Origin: Bacteroidota bacterium
GTDB lineage: Bacteria; Bacteroidota; Bacteroidia; Flavobacteriales_F; PHOS-HE28
Assembly: GCA_018266475.1 (NCBI GenBank)
Contig: JAFEAI010000032.1
Location: 1 to 61,286 of the forward strand
Direction: 5' to 3'
DNA length: 61,286 nt
Below, piece after piece: positions 44,492-54,837 of this stretch (within the stretch, counting starts at the first letter, position 1; each line of letters opens with the position of its first letter). Made by a program: the position numbers and the translations under genes. Below the pieces are notes generated by a model. It made no database searches. It saw only the letters and a list, made by a program, of their open reading frames with translations, and had not been told where the DNA came from.

Positions 44492-44509
44492 TTTCGTGTT
44501 TTTCTGCCG

Positions 44510-44517
44510 CAAAGGTA
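44510..44517 (-). promoter_or_regulatory. candidate Bacteroidota -7 promoter box (TACCTTTG = TAnnTTTG) for glnA
   Basis: The minus strand reads CATACCTTTGCGGCAGAAAAACACGAAAATG, which places the box 19-26 nt upstream of the ATG. No clear -33 TTG was seen. Confidence 0.35.
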
Positions 44518-44798
44518 TGTTTTGAAGAGGGGGTGGTCTGCGGGAAGTTCATTATTTTCTCAACACCCCCCCCCCAATTTCCTGCCACACGTTCAATTTC
44601 AAACCACTTGCGTGTTGCTCCATGGGCACGCAAGCGGCGGCCCCCTCGCCCGAAAAGGGGGCCATGGCCGGTGCGGCACGGACCTGAAGCCTGCGGCACT
44701 CCGTTCTTCACCGGTGGGGGCCTCGTAGCCGCGCACCGGTACGGTTGCGGCAACTGGTCGCTTGCGGCGGTCCTGTATCCTGCTCTTCGGCCACGGGC

Positions 44799-45158
44799 CT
44801 ACTTGGCGGCCGCCTCGCCGGTTTCAGCGGCCTTCCCCGCAGGTGCCGCAGGTGCCGCAGCAGCATCGGGTTCCTTGGCAGGTACTGCGGGCCTTGGCCC
44901 GTCCTGCCTGGGAACGGCTTGCTCGGGCGGCTCAATGCGGAAGGTGTTGCGCTGCTCATCGAAGCCTTTCTTCACCTCATTGGCACCCTTTTCGATCTCG
45001 CGCTGCAGCTCGGCGCTGGCATCGCGGAACTGGCGCATGGCGCGGCCCATGGTGCGCGCCACCTCGGGCACGCCCTTGCTGCCGAAGAAGAGCAGGACGA
45101 AAAGCAGGATCACCAGCAGTTCGCCGCCGCTTACGTCGAGGAAGAGGAGCACATGCAT
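44799..45158 (-). CDS. tatA: twin-arginine translocase subunit TatA/E
   Basis: ATG at 45158. MHVLLFLDVSGGELLVILLFVLLFFGSKGVPEVARTMGRAMRQFRDA followed by a Pro/Ala-rich tail. Confidence 0.85.
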   Translation of the reverse strand: MHVLLFLDVSGGELLVILLFVLLFFGSKGVPEVARTMGRAMRQFRDASAELQREIEKGANEVKKGFDEQRNTFRIEPPEQAVPRQDGPRPAVPAKEPDAAAAPAAPAGKAAETGEAAAK

Positions 45159-45176
45159 CGTTGCGCGCAAAAGTAG

Positions 45177-45200
45177 GAAGCCCCGCCGAGGCGGGGCTTC
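45177..45200 (-). terminator. rho-independent terminator downstream of secDF
   Basis: gaagccccgc-cgag-gcggggcttc (10-bp stem). The minus strand continues CTACTTTTG. Confidence 0.7.
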
Positions 45201-45227
45201 CAAAAAGTGCAAGTGCCGCGCGGCACC

Positions 45228-48200
45228 TTACGCGCCCAGCTTCTTCGTGTCCTTGTGCAGGTCCACCACCAATGCGGAGGCCACGAAGATGGAGGAGTAG
45301 GTGCCCACGCCGATGCCGATGAGCATGGCGAAGACGAAGCCGCGGATGGAATCGGCACCGAAGAGGAAGATGACCAGCAGCACGATCACCACCGTCAAGC
45401 AGGTGTTGATGGTACGGCCCAAGGTGGAGTTGATGGCCTTGTTGAACACCTGTGCCCAAGGATCGCGCCGGTGGTCCTGGAGGTATTCACGGATGCGGTC
45501 GAACACCACCACGGTATCGTTGATGGAGAAGCCGATCACGGTAAGGATGGCGGCGATGAACTGTTCGTCCACTTCCAGGCTGAAGGGCATGATGGAATAG
45601 AACAGGGAGTAGACGCTCATGACGATGAGGGCATCGTGGATCAGGGAGATCAGTGCGCCCATGCCGAACTGCCAGTTGCGGAAGCGCACCACCACATACA
45701 GGAAGATGAAGAGCAGGGCGATGCCCACGGACCAGATGGACCTGTTGCGGATGTCCTCGCTGATGGACGCTTCCACTTTGCGGGATTCCAGCGGCGGCGC
45801 GGCGCCCATGCTGGCCAGTGCCTCATTTAGCTTGGCCTCCACCACCTGGTCGGTGTTGGGGTCGGTGGAATCGATGAGGTAGTTGGTGGTGATCTTCACC
45901 TGGTCGCTGCCCCCGTAGGTCTTCACATTGGTGGAGCTCTTCACATGGTCCGTGCCGGCGAAGGCGGCATCCAAGGCATCGCGCACCTTCTCCACTTCCA
46001 CGGGCTTGTCAAACTTCACCACATACTGGCGGCCGCCGGAGAAATCCACGCCGTAGTTGAACCCGCGGGTGGCCATGGAGATGATGCCCGCCAGGATCAC
46101 CGAGCCCGAGATGGCGTAGTAGATCCAGCGGTGCTTCATGAAATCCACCGTGGTGTGCGCGAAGAGGTCCTTGTTCCAATTGTGCCAGAAGTTCATCTTC
46201 CCACCCTTCTCCAGGCGGCGGTCGATGATCAGGCGGCTGATGAAGATGGCGGTGAACAGGGAGGTGACGATACCGATGCAGAGGGTGGTGGCGAAGCCTT
46301 TCACCGGGCCTGTACCGAAGATGAGCAGGATGACGCCGGTGGCGAAGGTGGTGATGTTGGAATCCAGGATGGCCGCAAGTGCATGCTTGTAGCCCAGGTC
46401 CACGGCGGTTTTCACGGCCTTGCCCAAGCGCAGTTCCTCGCGGATGCGCTCATTGATGAGCACGTTGGCGTCCACGGCCATGCCCACGGTGAGGATGATG
46501 CCGGCGATGCCGGGCAGGGTGAGCGAGGTTTGGATGGAGGCCAGGGTGCCCAGCAGGATGAAGATGTTGGCCAGCAGGGCGATATCAGCCACCCAACCGG
46601 AGCGGTTGTAGTACACCACCATGAACACCATCACCATGATGATGGAGAGCAGGAAGGACCACATGCCGCGGCTGATGTTCTCGGCGCCGAGGGAGGGGCC
46701 CACCACGGTTTCGTCGATGATGCGCGCCGGGGCGGGCAGTGCGCCGGCCTTCAGCACGTTGGCCAGGTCGGTGGCGTCCTCCAGCTGCTTGTTGCGGTCT
46801 TCGGCGCCGCCCATGGTGATGCTGCTGCGCCCGCCGGGGATCTCACCCATCACATTGGGTGCGGATACCACCAGGCCGTCCAGGACGATGGCGATCTGCT
46901 TGCCGACGTTCTCGCCGGTCATGATCTTCCACTTTTGGGCGCCATCGGGGTTCATCTGCATGCTCACCTCGGCATCGCCCTTCATGTCGAAATCCTGGCG
47001 GGCATCGGTGATGTAGCCGCCGTCGAGCTTGGGCTTGCCATCGCGTGGGCCGCGCAGGGCATAGAGGGCGAGGAAATCGCGCTGGCGCCCGTCGGCGGTG
47101 CCCATGCGCACGGGCTTGGCGCTCCAGGCCATCTTCAGCACCTGGCTGGGGTCCGGGCTTTTGGGCGGGGCCATGCGCAGCAGCTTGTTCACCACGCCGG
47201 TATCCGCCACGGCGGCATAGCCCACCACGGAGCCGCGCACCACCTGGTTGTTCATGATGTTCAGCTGGAGGCGGCCCTGGTTGAGCAGGGGGCTCTTGGC
47301 CAGGCTCTCCTCATTGCTCACCACGCTGTCCTGGTGGAGGCTGTCGGCCTTCAGCACGTTGGCCAGGCTGTCCTGCCCCAAGCTGTCCGGCATGGCCGTT
47401 TGGGCCTTGGTGCTGTCCTTCAGCGTGGCTTCCACCTTTTTGAGGCTGTCCTTCTTGGCGAGCTCGGGGTGCAGCATGGCGCTCAGGCGTTCGTTGGCCT
47501 CGGAGAGCTTCATGTACACGTCGGAGTTGTCGAAGGTTTCCCAGAACTCCAGGTTGGCGGTGCTTTGGAGCACGTTGCGCACGCGGTCCTTGTCCTTCAC
47601 CCCGGGCAGCTCGATCTGGATGCGGCCGGAGAGGGCCTGCTTGGTGATGCTGGGCTGTGCCACGCCGAACTTGTCGATACGGGTGCGCAGGATGCGCTCG
47701 GTGTTGTTCACGGCGATGCGTGCCTGGTCGCGCAGGGCGGTGATCACCTGGTCGTTGGTGCTGGTGCGGGGGAAGATGGCCGCATTGTCCTGCGAGCTGA
47801 ACACGGCCGCGAGGCTTGCGTTGGGGGCTATCTTCCTGAAGTTTTCATCAAAGAGCGTGATGAAGTCCTTGGTGGTGCCGGGCTGCTGCTTGCGAGCCTC
47901 ATCCATGGCCTGGCGGAAGGCCGGGTCCTGGCTGTTTCCGCTGAGGTTGTTCACCAGTTCGGGGATGTCCACCTCCAGGGTTACGGCCATGCCGCCCTTG
48001 AGGTCGAGGCCCAGGTTCATCTCCTTCTCCTTGCACTCCTTGTAGGTGTAGCCCAGCACGGGGTACACCACTTCATCGTGGTGGTCGCGCAGGAAGCGGT
48101 TTTCCTCGGCGAGCTCCACCGAATCATAGGACAGGGCCTTGTTTGCGGGCACGGCCAGGAGGGAATCTGCATATTCACGGGCAACCTTGGAGGCCTTGTG

Positions 48201-48296
48201 CTCGAAGGAGTTGGTGAAGATGGAGAAGGACAACTGCCAGAGGCAGGCGAGCGACAACAGGATGGTGAACACCCAGAGCGCACCTTTATTCTGCAT
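45228..48296 (-). CDS. secDF: fused protein translocase subunit SecDF
   Basis: 1022 aa with two RND-like 6-TMS blocks (GLDLKGGM..., GPSLGAENI..., FSGGRQYVV..., GFSINDTVVVFDRIRE). Confidence 0.93.
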   Translation of the reverse strand: MQNKGALWVFTILLSLACLWQLSFSIFTNSFEHKASKVAREYADSLLAVPANKALSYDSVELAEENRFLRDHHDEVVYPVLGYTYKECKEKEMNLGLDLKGGMAVTLEVDIPELVNNLSGNSQDPAFRQAMDEARKQQPGTTKDFITLFDENFRKIAPNASLAAVFSSQDNAAIFPRTSTNDQVITALRDQARIAVNNTERILRTRIDKFGVAQPSITKQALSGRIQIELPGVKDKDRVRNVLQSTANLEFWETFDNSDVYMKLSEANERLSAMLHPELAKKDSLKKVEATLKDSTKAQTAMPDSLGQDSLANVLKADSLHQDSVVSNEESLAKSPLLNQGRLQLNIMNNQVVRGSVVGYAAVADTGVVNKLLRMAPPKSPDPSQVLKMAWSAKPVRMGTADGRQRDFLALYALRGPRDGKPKLDGGYITDARQDFDMKGDAEVSMQMNPDGAQKWKIMTGENVGKQIAIVLDGLVVSAPNVMGEIPGGRSSITMGGAEDRNKQLEDATDLANVLKAGALPAPARIIDETVVGPSLGAENISRGMWSFLLSIIMVMVFMVVYYNRSGWVADIALLANIFILLGTLASIQTSLTLPGIAGIILTVGMAVDANVLINERIREELRLGKAVKTAVDLGYKHALAAILDSNITTFATGVILLIFGTGPVKGFATTLCIGIVTSLFTAIFISRLIIDRRLEKGGKMNFWHNWNKDLFAHTTVDFMKHRWIYYAISGSVILAGIISMATRGFNYGVDFSGGRQYVVKFDKPVEVEKVRDALDAAFAGTDHVKSSTNVKTYGGSDQVKITTNYLIDSTDPNTDQVVEAKLNEALASMGAAPPLESRKVEASISEDIRNRSIWSVGIALLFIFLYVVVRFRNWQFGMGALISLIHDALIVMSVYSLFYSIMPFSLEVDEQFIAAILTVIGFSINDTVVVFDRIREYLQDHRRDPWAQVFNKAINSTLGRTINTCLTVVIVLLVIFLFGADSIRGFVFAMLIGIGVGTYSSIFVASALVVDLHKDTKKLGA

Positions 48297-48360
48297 GGGA
48301 AAAACTGATTGGTGTTATCGGAGGATCCGCAGCCTTGCACAGGTTCGGGCAACGGGGCGG

Positions 48361-48368
48361 CAAATATA
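48361..48368 (-). promoter_or_regulatory. candidate -7 promoter box (TATATTTG) upstream of secDF
   Basis: The minus strand reads CTTCTATATTTGCCGCC, 65 nt upstream of the ATG at 48296. No clear -33 element. Confidence 0.25.
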
Positions 48369-48483
48369 GAAGGATAGGCATGCCAGCGGAACGATCCCGT
48401 AGGAACCTGTGCAAAACCGGCATCGGCGGGCTATCCGCGCAGGCTGCGGGCGGGTATCTTCGCCACCGAACCCGCACGCCCCG

Positions 48484-50751
48484 ATGCCCGCCACTGCCCG
48501 TCCCCTCCAAAAAACGCAGGCGATCCTGCTGCTCTCCATGCTTCCTGTGGCGGCCCTGGCGCAGAACGGGCCCGTGTTCGTGCCGGACATCCCGGTGGCC
48601 CGGCAAGGAGCACCGTTGGCCATGCCTTGGGCAGGCGGCATGAACGCGCCGCACTTCTCCTCCATCGACCTCAACCAGGACGGGCTGCAGGACCTGTTCG
48701 CCCTGGACCGCGTGGGCAACCGGCCGCTGTTCTTCCTGAACACCGGCACCCCCGGCCAGGCCCGCTACACCATCACCCGCGCCTACGACCAGGTGTACCC
48801 CTTCCCGCTGCTGCACGACTGGGCCCTGCTGCGCGACTACAACTGCGACGGCAAGCCGGACATCATCGCCTACACCAACGCCGCCTTCGCCGTATACCGC
48901 AACACCAGCGACGCCAACGGCCTGTCCTTCACCCTGGCCTACGACATGGTGGGCAGCAACTATGTGCCCACCCACAGCCCCAACCTGTACATCAGCAACA
49001 TAGACCTGCCCGGAATGGCCGATGTGGACGGCGATGGCGACCTGGACGTGCTTACCTACAGCATTTGGGGCAACTACCTGGAATACCATAAAAACCTCGG
49101 CATGGAACTGTACGGCACCTGCGACAGCCTGGTGTACGAAGTGCGCAGCCGCTGCTGGGGGGAGTACGTGGAATCGCTCACCGGCAGCAACATAGTGCTG
49201 AACGTGCCCTGCCAGTTCAACGTGCCCAACCCCGAGCTGGGGCCCGGTGGCCCCGGCCACCAGGAACAGGGAGCCGGCAGCCGCGCCCACTCGGGCACCA
49301 CGGTGCTTCCGCTGGACCTCAACGGTGACGGACTTACCGACCTGCTGCTGAGCGACCTGAGCAATCCCCACCTTACGGCATTGACCAATGGCGGCAGCAC
49401 CACGCACGCCGTAATGACCTCCAAGGACACGCTGTTCCCCTCCTACAATGTAACGGTGAACATGCAGCAATTCCTTGGTGCCAGCCATGTGGACGTGGAC
49501 GGTGACGGCAAGCGCGACCTGATCGTGGCGCCCAACTCCCCCACCGATGCCGAGGACGCGCACGGCACCTGGTACTACCGGAACACCGGCACCGACGCGG
49601 CGCCGCACTTCGAGTTCCAGCGGAACGACGTGCTGCAAGGCGACATGCTCGACTTCGGCACCGGTGCCCGGCCCGCGCTGTTTGACCACAACGGGGACGG
49701 CCTGATGGACCTGGTGGTGGCCAATGAATACTACTTTGACGAAGGCGGCGACCATAGCGGAAGACTGGCCTTGTTGGAAAACACGGGCACTCCCACCCAT
49801 CCGGCCTTTACCTTGGTAACGGACGACTATGCCGGCCTCGGCAGCCAAGGCCTGGGCCCCTCCCTTCACCCCGCCTTCGGCGATGTGAACGGCGACGGAA
49901 AGCCGGACATGGTGCTGGGCAACCTGGCCGGCAACCTGCTCCTGTACATCAATAGCGCCACCGGACCGGTGGCACAATTCACGGGTACGCCGGCCCTGCT
50001 CTCCGACGACCAGGGGCAGGTAATTGATGTAGGGAGCAATGCCACGCCCCAGCTGTTCGACCTGGACGGCGACGGGCTGCTGGACCTGGTGGTGGGCGAG
50101 CGCAACGGCAACCTGAACTACTACCGCAACGGCGGCAGCAGCACCGTGCCCGCCTGGCACCTGGAAACGGAGACCCTGGGCGGGGTGAGCGTGAACGAAT
50201 ACTGGAGCAACGTGGGCTTCAGCGTCCCGTTCCTGTACCGGGACACCACACAGGCGGTGATCCTGCTTTCAGGCAGTGAGGTGGGCGGCATCTACCGCTA
50301 TGCGGACATCAACGGCAACCTCAACGGTGCCTGGACCCGTACCGACAGCACCTGGCACCACCTGCAGGAAGGCATGCGCACAGCCGTTGCGGCATACGAT
50401 TTCACCAACAGCGGCGCACTGAGCATTATCGTGGGCAACTACCGGGGCGGGCTGAGCTTTTGGGCCACCGGTGCCACCGGCTCTCCGGCGGCCATCGGTG
50501 AAGCGGTGCCGCCGCCCTTCAGCCTGGCCCCCAACCCTGCATCGGCGTGGGCGGATGTACTGTGGCACGCTCCCTGGGCGCCAGGCATGCGGCTGGACCT
50601 GCTTGACGGACTGGGGCGCGTGGCATTCACCGCAGCCTTGCGCGGGCCGCAGGCGCGGATCAATTTGGAAGGCTTGCCGGACGGCCTGTACATCGTGCGC
50701 ATCCGCGACGGCGTGCGGCAATGGACCGCGCGCTTGGCCGTGGCCCGCTAG
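48484..50751 (+). CDS. FG-GAP/VCBS-repeat protein with T9SS type-A sorting domain
   Basis: ORF trimmed to the ATG at 48484 (MPATARPLQKTQAILLLSMLPVAALAQ). At least 8 Ca-binding DxDxDG-like repeats (DVDGDGDLDVL, DLNGDGLTDLL, DHNGDGLMDLV...). C-terminal FSLAPNPASAWADV...GLYIVRIRDG. Confidence 0.85.
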   Translation: MPATARPLQKTQAILLLSMLPVAALAQNGPVFVPDIPVARQGAPLAMPWAGGMNAPHFSSIDLNQDGLQDLFALDRVGNRPLFFLNTGTPGQARYTITRAYDQVYPFPLLHDWALLRDYNCDGKPDIIAYTNAAFAVYRNTSDANGLSFTLAYDMVGSNYVPTHSPNLYISNIDLPGMADVDGDGDLDVLTYSIWGNYLEYHKNLGMELYGTCDSLVYEVRSRCWGEYVESLTGSNIVLNVPCQFNVPNPELGPGGPGHQEQGAGSRAHSGTTVLPLDLNGDGLTDLLLSDLSNPHLTALTNGGSTTHAVMTSKDTLFPSYNVTVNMQQFLGASHVDVDGDGKRDLIVAPNSPTDAEDAHGTWYYRNTGTDAAPHFEFQRNDVLQGDMLDFGTGARPALFDHNGDGLMDLVVANEYYFDEGGDHSGRLALLENTGTPTHPAFTLVTDDYAGLGSQGLGPSLHPAFGDVNGDGKPDMVLGNLAGNLLLYINSATGPVAQFTGTPALLSDDQGQVIDVGSNATPQLFDLDGDGLLDLVVGERNGNLNYYRNGGSSTVPAWHLETETLGGVSVNEYWSNVGFSVPFLYRDTTQAVILLSGSEVGGIYRYADINGNLNGAWTRTDSTWHHLQEGMRTAVAAYDFTNSGALSIIVGNYRGGLSFWATGATGSPAAIGEAVPPPFSLAPNPASAWADVLWHAPWAPGMRLDLLDGLGRVAFTAALRGPQARINLEGLPDGLYIVRIRDGVRQWTARLAVAR

Positions 50752-50770
50752 CGGGAAGCATTGCGCAAAA

Positions 50771-50821
50771 GAAGAGGGGCGCCGTTCAGCGCCCTTCCTT
50801 GCTTTCCTTGGGTTGGCGGAT
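50771..50821. repeat. direct repeat L: copy of the mdh 3' flank/terminator segment
   Basis: gaagaggggcgccgttcagcgcccttccttgctttccttgggttggcggat compared with 51708..51758 (ggaggaggggcaccgttcagcgcccctccttgctttccttgggttggcggat). It contains the hairpin AGGGGCGC-cgttca-GCGCCCTT, the likely terminator of the FG-GAP gene. Confidence 0.8.
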
Positions 50822-50985
50822 GAACACGCAGGCGAACCATTCAAGGCCCTTGTTCTTCCGATCCCATCCGGACTGTTTGATCATCTCCCCGGCCAGTTCC
50901 GTGCGGGTGAGCACATCGATCCAGCCCACCACGGTGATGGTGATGAATTACACCTTCCACGTTGGCCTTGCGCCATTTGGACATG
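50786..50985 (-). pseudogene. ORF remnant, copy 1 (frame disrupted), family unknown
   Basis: MSKWRKANVEG..//..ITITVVGWIDVLTRTELAGEMIKQSGWDRKNKGLEWFACVFIRQ. It has a 5-nt deletion relative to copy 2. Confidence 0.3.
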
Positions 50986-51010
50986 AAGGCAAGATAGGGA
51001 ACAATGGTTT

Positions 51011-51258
51011 GGTCGCCTGGTGGCGACCGAATAGATTCCACGCGGCTGGGGCCGCGCGGTAGCGTTCGCAAATACGATGCGTTGGCGCTCGGCACCAGCC
51101 GAGCGCACTCTATTTGCAAGGCCCCAGCCTTGCCCCCCCCCGTTGGCGCTCGGCCCCAGCCGAGCGCACTCTATTTGCAAGGCACCAGCCTTGCCCCTCG
51201 TTGGCGCTCGGCCCCAGCCGAGCGCATGCTATTTGCAAGGCCCCAGCCTTGCACCCCC
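51011..51258. repeat. BIME-like cluster A: 2 plus (3 x 2) short GC hairpins with 4-nt loops
   Basis: ggtcgcc-tggt-ggcgacc and cgcggc-tggg-gccgcg come first. Then come three 57-60 bp units: gttggcgctcggc-(a/c)cca-gccgagcgc actctattt gcaaggc-(c/a)cca-gccttgc. Confidence 0.85.
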
Positions 51259-51261
51259 GTT

Positions 51262-51436
51262 GGCGGATGAACACGCAGGCGAACCATTCAAGGCCCTTGT
51301 TCTTCCGGTTCCATTCGGACTGTTTGATCATCTCCCCGGTCAGTTCCGTGCGGGTGTGCACATCGATCCAGCCCACCACGGTGATGGCGATGAATTACAG
51401 GGCACCTTCCACATTGGCCTTGTGCCATTCGGACAT
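51262..51436 (-). pseudogene. ORF remnant, copy 2 (in-frame TAA), family unknown
   Basis: MSEWHKANVEGAL*FIAITVVGWIDVHTRTELTGEMIKQSEWNRKNKGLEWFACVFIRQ. Confidence 0.3.
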
Positions 51437-51462
51437 GAAGGCAAGATAGGGAACAAAGGGAA

Positions 51463-51700
51463 GGTCGCCTGGTGGCGACCGAATAGGTTCCACGCGGCTG
51501 GGGCCGCGCGGTAGCGTTCGCAAATACGATGCGTTGGCGCTCGGCACCAGCCGAGCACCCTGTTGGCGCTCCTGTATTCCCTGTTGGCGCTCGGCCCCAG
51601 CCGAGCGCACTCTATTTGCAAGGCACCAGCCTTGCACCCTGTTGGCGCTCGGCCCCGGCCGAGCGCATGCTATTCGCAAGGCAACACCACCCAACTGCGG
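51463..51700. repeat. BIME-like cluster B (more degenerate copy of cluster A)
   Basis: Same hairpins at 51463-51480 and 51493-51508. One intact double-hairpin unit (51583-51639) plus truncated units follow. Confidence 0.8.
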
Positions 51701-51735
51701 AAAACAGGAGGAGGGGCACCGTTCAGCGCCCCTCC
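51701..51735 (-). terminator. rho-independent terminator of mdh (inside direct repeat R)
   Basis: On the minus strand: GGAGGGGCGC-TGAACG-GTGCCCCTCC followed by TCCTGTTTTCC. Confidence 0.65.
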
Positions 51736-51757
51736 TTGCTTTCCTTGGGTTGGCGGA

Positions 51758-52867
<1,110 letters not shown>

Positions 52868-52958
52868 TCATACCTTCCGTCCCTGAAAAATGGCCCAACG
52901 GGACATTGAACTGGCAACCCTTGACGCAAACGTGCGTCTTGCACCTGCATGGAACACC

Positions 52959-53528
52959 ATGGAGAAAGCGGAGCCGGCGTTCGATGGGATCATCGATGGA
53001 TGCCTTGCGGGCGAGCGCCGCAGCCAGCAGCGCGTGTACGAGCTGTTCTACGGCAAGATGATGTCGGTATGCCTGCGGTACACCAAGAACCACGACCAGG
53101 CGAAGGACATTCTGCAGGACGGGTTCATCAAGGTGTTCCGCAACCTTCCGGAGTACAATCGTTCCGGGAGCTTCGAGGGATGGATACGCCGGATCATGGT
53201 GAACACGGCGATCGACCATTTCCGGCGGGCGCGCCACTCCTACCTGCTGTTGGGCGAAGACCGGAGCATGGAGGAATTCGAGGATGTGCCGGAGGAGGAG
53301 GAAGAGGCCCCCATGGACGAGGGTTGGGCGGACCTCAAGCCGGCGGACGTGATCAATGCCATGCAGAAGCTTACGCCCGCCTACCGCACCGTGTTCAACC
53401 TGTTCGTGTTCGAGGACATGACGCATAAACAGATCGCCGAAACCTTGGACATCAGCACAGGCACCTCAAAAAGCAACTTTGCAAAGGCGAAGGCCAAACT
53501 GAAACTCTTGTTGAAGCAAGCAGAATAG
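52959..53528 (+). CDS. ECF-type RNA polymerase sigma-70 family factor
   Basis: ATG at 52959. Region 2 is QQRVYELFYGKMMSVCLRYTKNHDQAKDILQDGFIKVF...FEGWIRRIMVNTAIDHFR. Region 4 is LTPAYRTVFNLFVFEDMTHKQIAETLDISTGTSKSNFAKAK. Confidence 0.88.
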   Translation: MEKAEPAFDGIIDGCLAGERRSQQRVYELFYGKMMSVCLRYTKNHDQAKDILQDGFIKVFRNLPEYNRSGSFEGWIRRIMVNTAIDHFRRARHSYLLLGEDRSMEEFEDVPEEEEEAPMDEGWADLKPADVINAMQKLTPAYRTVFNLFVFEDMTHKQIAETLDISTGTSKSNFAKAKAKLKLLLKQAE

Positions 53529-53541
53529 ACTCTCCGGAAAC

Positions 53542-54837
53542 ATGGCCAACAACAATAACTTGGACGGCTTCGAGCGGCAGTTGAAAGAGCACCTTGAGCA
53601 TTATGAGGTGCCCTTCAATTCCGCGGATTGGGCCCAAATGGACCGCGCGCTCTCCAGCGGGGTCCGTGCATGGGGCCATGGCCGTGCCTTGGTCGCGGGC
53701 CTGCTGCTTGCCGGCGGCCTGCTGATCGGCGGCACCGCCTATTTCCTGGGCCGCGACAGCAGCACGCAAGCATTGCCCGTGCCGCATGATGCGCCGGCAA
53801 CGGGGATGGTTGGCGAGCCTGCGGGCACGGCACACCCCCCGGCCACGACCGACGGGATGGCGGCCACCACAGCGGTTCCGGCCGGAAGCGAAGCAGCAGG
53901 CGGCACCACGGCCGCACCCTCTTCCCCTCATGCAGCCCAACCCTCCACCTCATCGGGCACCGTGAAAACCCCGCATCCCGCTGCTGCGAAGCCTGCCCAA
54001 GTGGCTCCCCCCGCAGCATTGCCGACAACTCCTCCGGCTGGCAAACCGGAGGCTCCCGCCGCAGCAACCGCCTTCCGGGCCAGTGCCAAGGAGGCCTGCC
54101 CGGGAAGCCCCGTTGCCTTCAAGGTGGAGCACATGGCCGAGGATGGCATCTACCTGTGGAACTTCGGCGATGGCAGCTTCAGCAACAAGGCCAATCCGGA
54201 GCACATCTTCACCAAGCCGGGCAACTACCAGGTGATGCTCTCCCTGTCCTCCTCCGGCATGGGCACCATCCGCAACAAGCCCAGCAGCGACATGATCGTG
54301 GTGCATGAGGCGCCCCTGGCAGGCTTCAACATCGTGAAAATGGACCATGCAGGGCTGGTGCCCAGCGTCCACTTCGACAGCCGCGCCATGGGGGCGGCCA
54401 GTTATGAATGGGACCTTGGCGACGGCACCACCAGCACCGCGCCGAGCCCCGACCACGTGTACCGCAAGAAGGGCGTGTACCAAGTGGTGCAGACGGTGGT
54501 AAATGCCACGGGCTGCACGGACCGGAAGGTGAAGGAAGTGCGCATTGACCAGGACTTCGACCTGGGTGCCGCCAAGAGCTTCACCCCCGCCTTGGGAGGG
54601 AAAGAAGGCTGCTTCATGCCGCAGGCCCTGCTGGAGCTGAAGGCAAAGTTCCAGTTTGCCGTATACGATCCTGCAGGCATGCTGGTGTACAGCACCAATG
54701 AGGCCAACCGGCCCTGGTTGGGCAAGGCCAACAACCAAGGTGCCGTGCTGGCCCCCGCCAACTATGCCTGGGTGGCCGATGTGGAGACCGGGCATGGCAC
54801 GGAGACCTTTACCGGCACGGTGCAGTTGGTGCGCTGA
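53542..54837 (+). CDS. sigma-associated single-pass membrane protein (putative anti-sigma) with 2 PKD domains and a CHU_C-like (T9SS type-B-like) C-terminal domain
   Basis: 40-aa cytoplasmic N-terminus, TM segment ALVAGLLLAGGLLIGGTAYFL, and a Pro/Ala-rich linker. PKD motifs WNFGDGSFSNKANPEHIFTKPGNYQV and WDLGDGTTSTAPSPDHVYRKKGVYQV. C-terminal SFTPALGGKEGCF...FAVYDPAGMLVYST...PWLGK...GTVQLVR. The gene starts 13 nt after the sigma stop. Confidence 0.65.
   Translation: MANNNNLDGFERQLKEHLEHYEVPFNSADWAQMDRALSSGVRAWGHGRALVAGLLLAGGLLIGGTAYFLGRDSSTQALPVPHDAPATGMVGEPAGTAHPPATTDGMAATTAVPAGSEAAGGTTAAPSSPHAAQPSTSSGTVKTPHPAAAKPAQVAPPAALPTTPPAGKPEAPAAATAFRASAKEACPGSPVAFKVEHMAEDGIYLWNFGDGSFSNKANPEHIFTKPGNYQVMLSLSSSGMGTIRNKPSSDMIVVHEAPLAGFNIVKMDHAGLVPSVHFDSRAMGAASYEWDLGDGTTSTAPSPDHVYRKKGVYQVVQTVVNATGCTDRKVKEVRIDQDFDLGAAKSFTPALGGKEGCFMPQALLELKAKFQFAVYDPAGMLVYSTNEANRPWLGKANNQGAVLAPANYAWVADVETGHGTETFTGTVQLVR

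Noticed and set aside
45945-48308. 787-aa plus-strand ORF
   Set aside because: Antisense shadow of secDF.
48286-50160. 624-aa minus-strand ORF
   Set aside because: Antisense shadow of the FG-GAP/T9SS gene.
51004-51700. CRISPR array, or coding repeats (the peptide LQIECARLGPSAN recurs in several track ORFs)
   Set aside because: The units abut without spacers and consist of hairpins. The recurring peptides come from different frames and strands of the same repeat, so they are translation artefacts.
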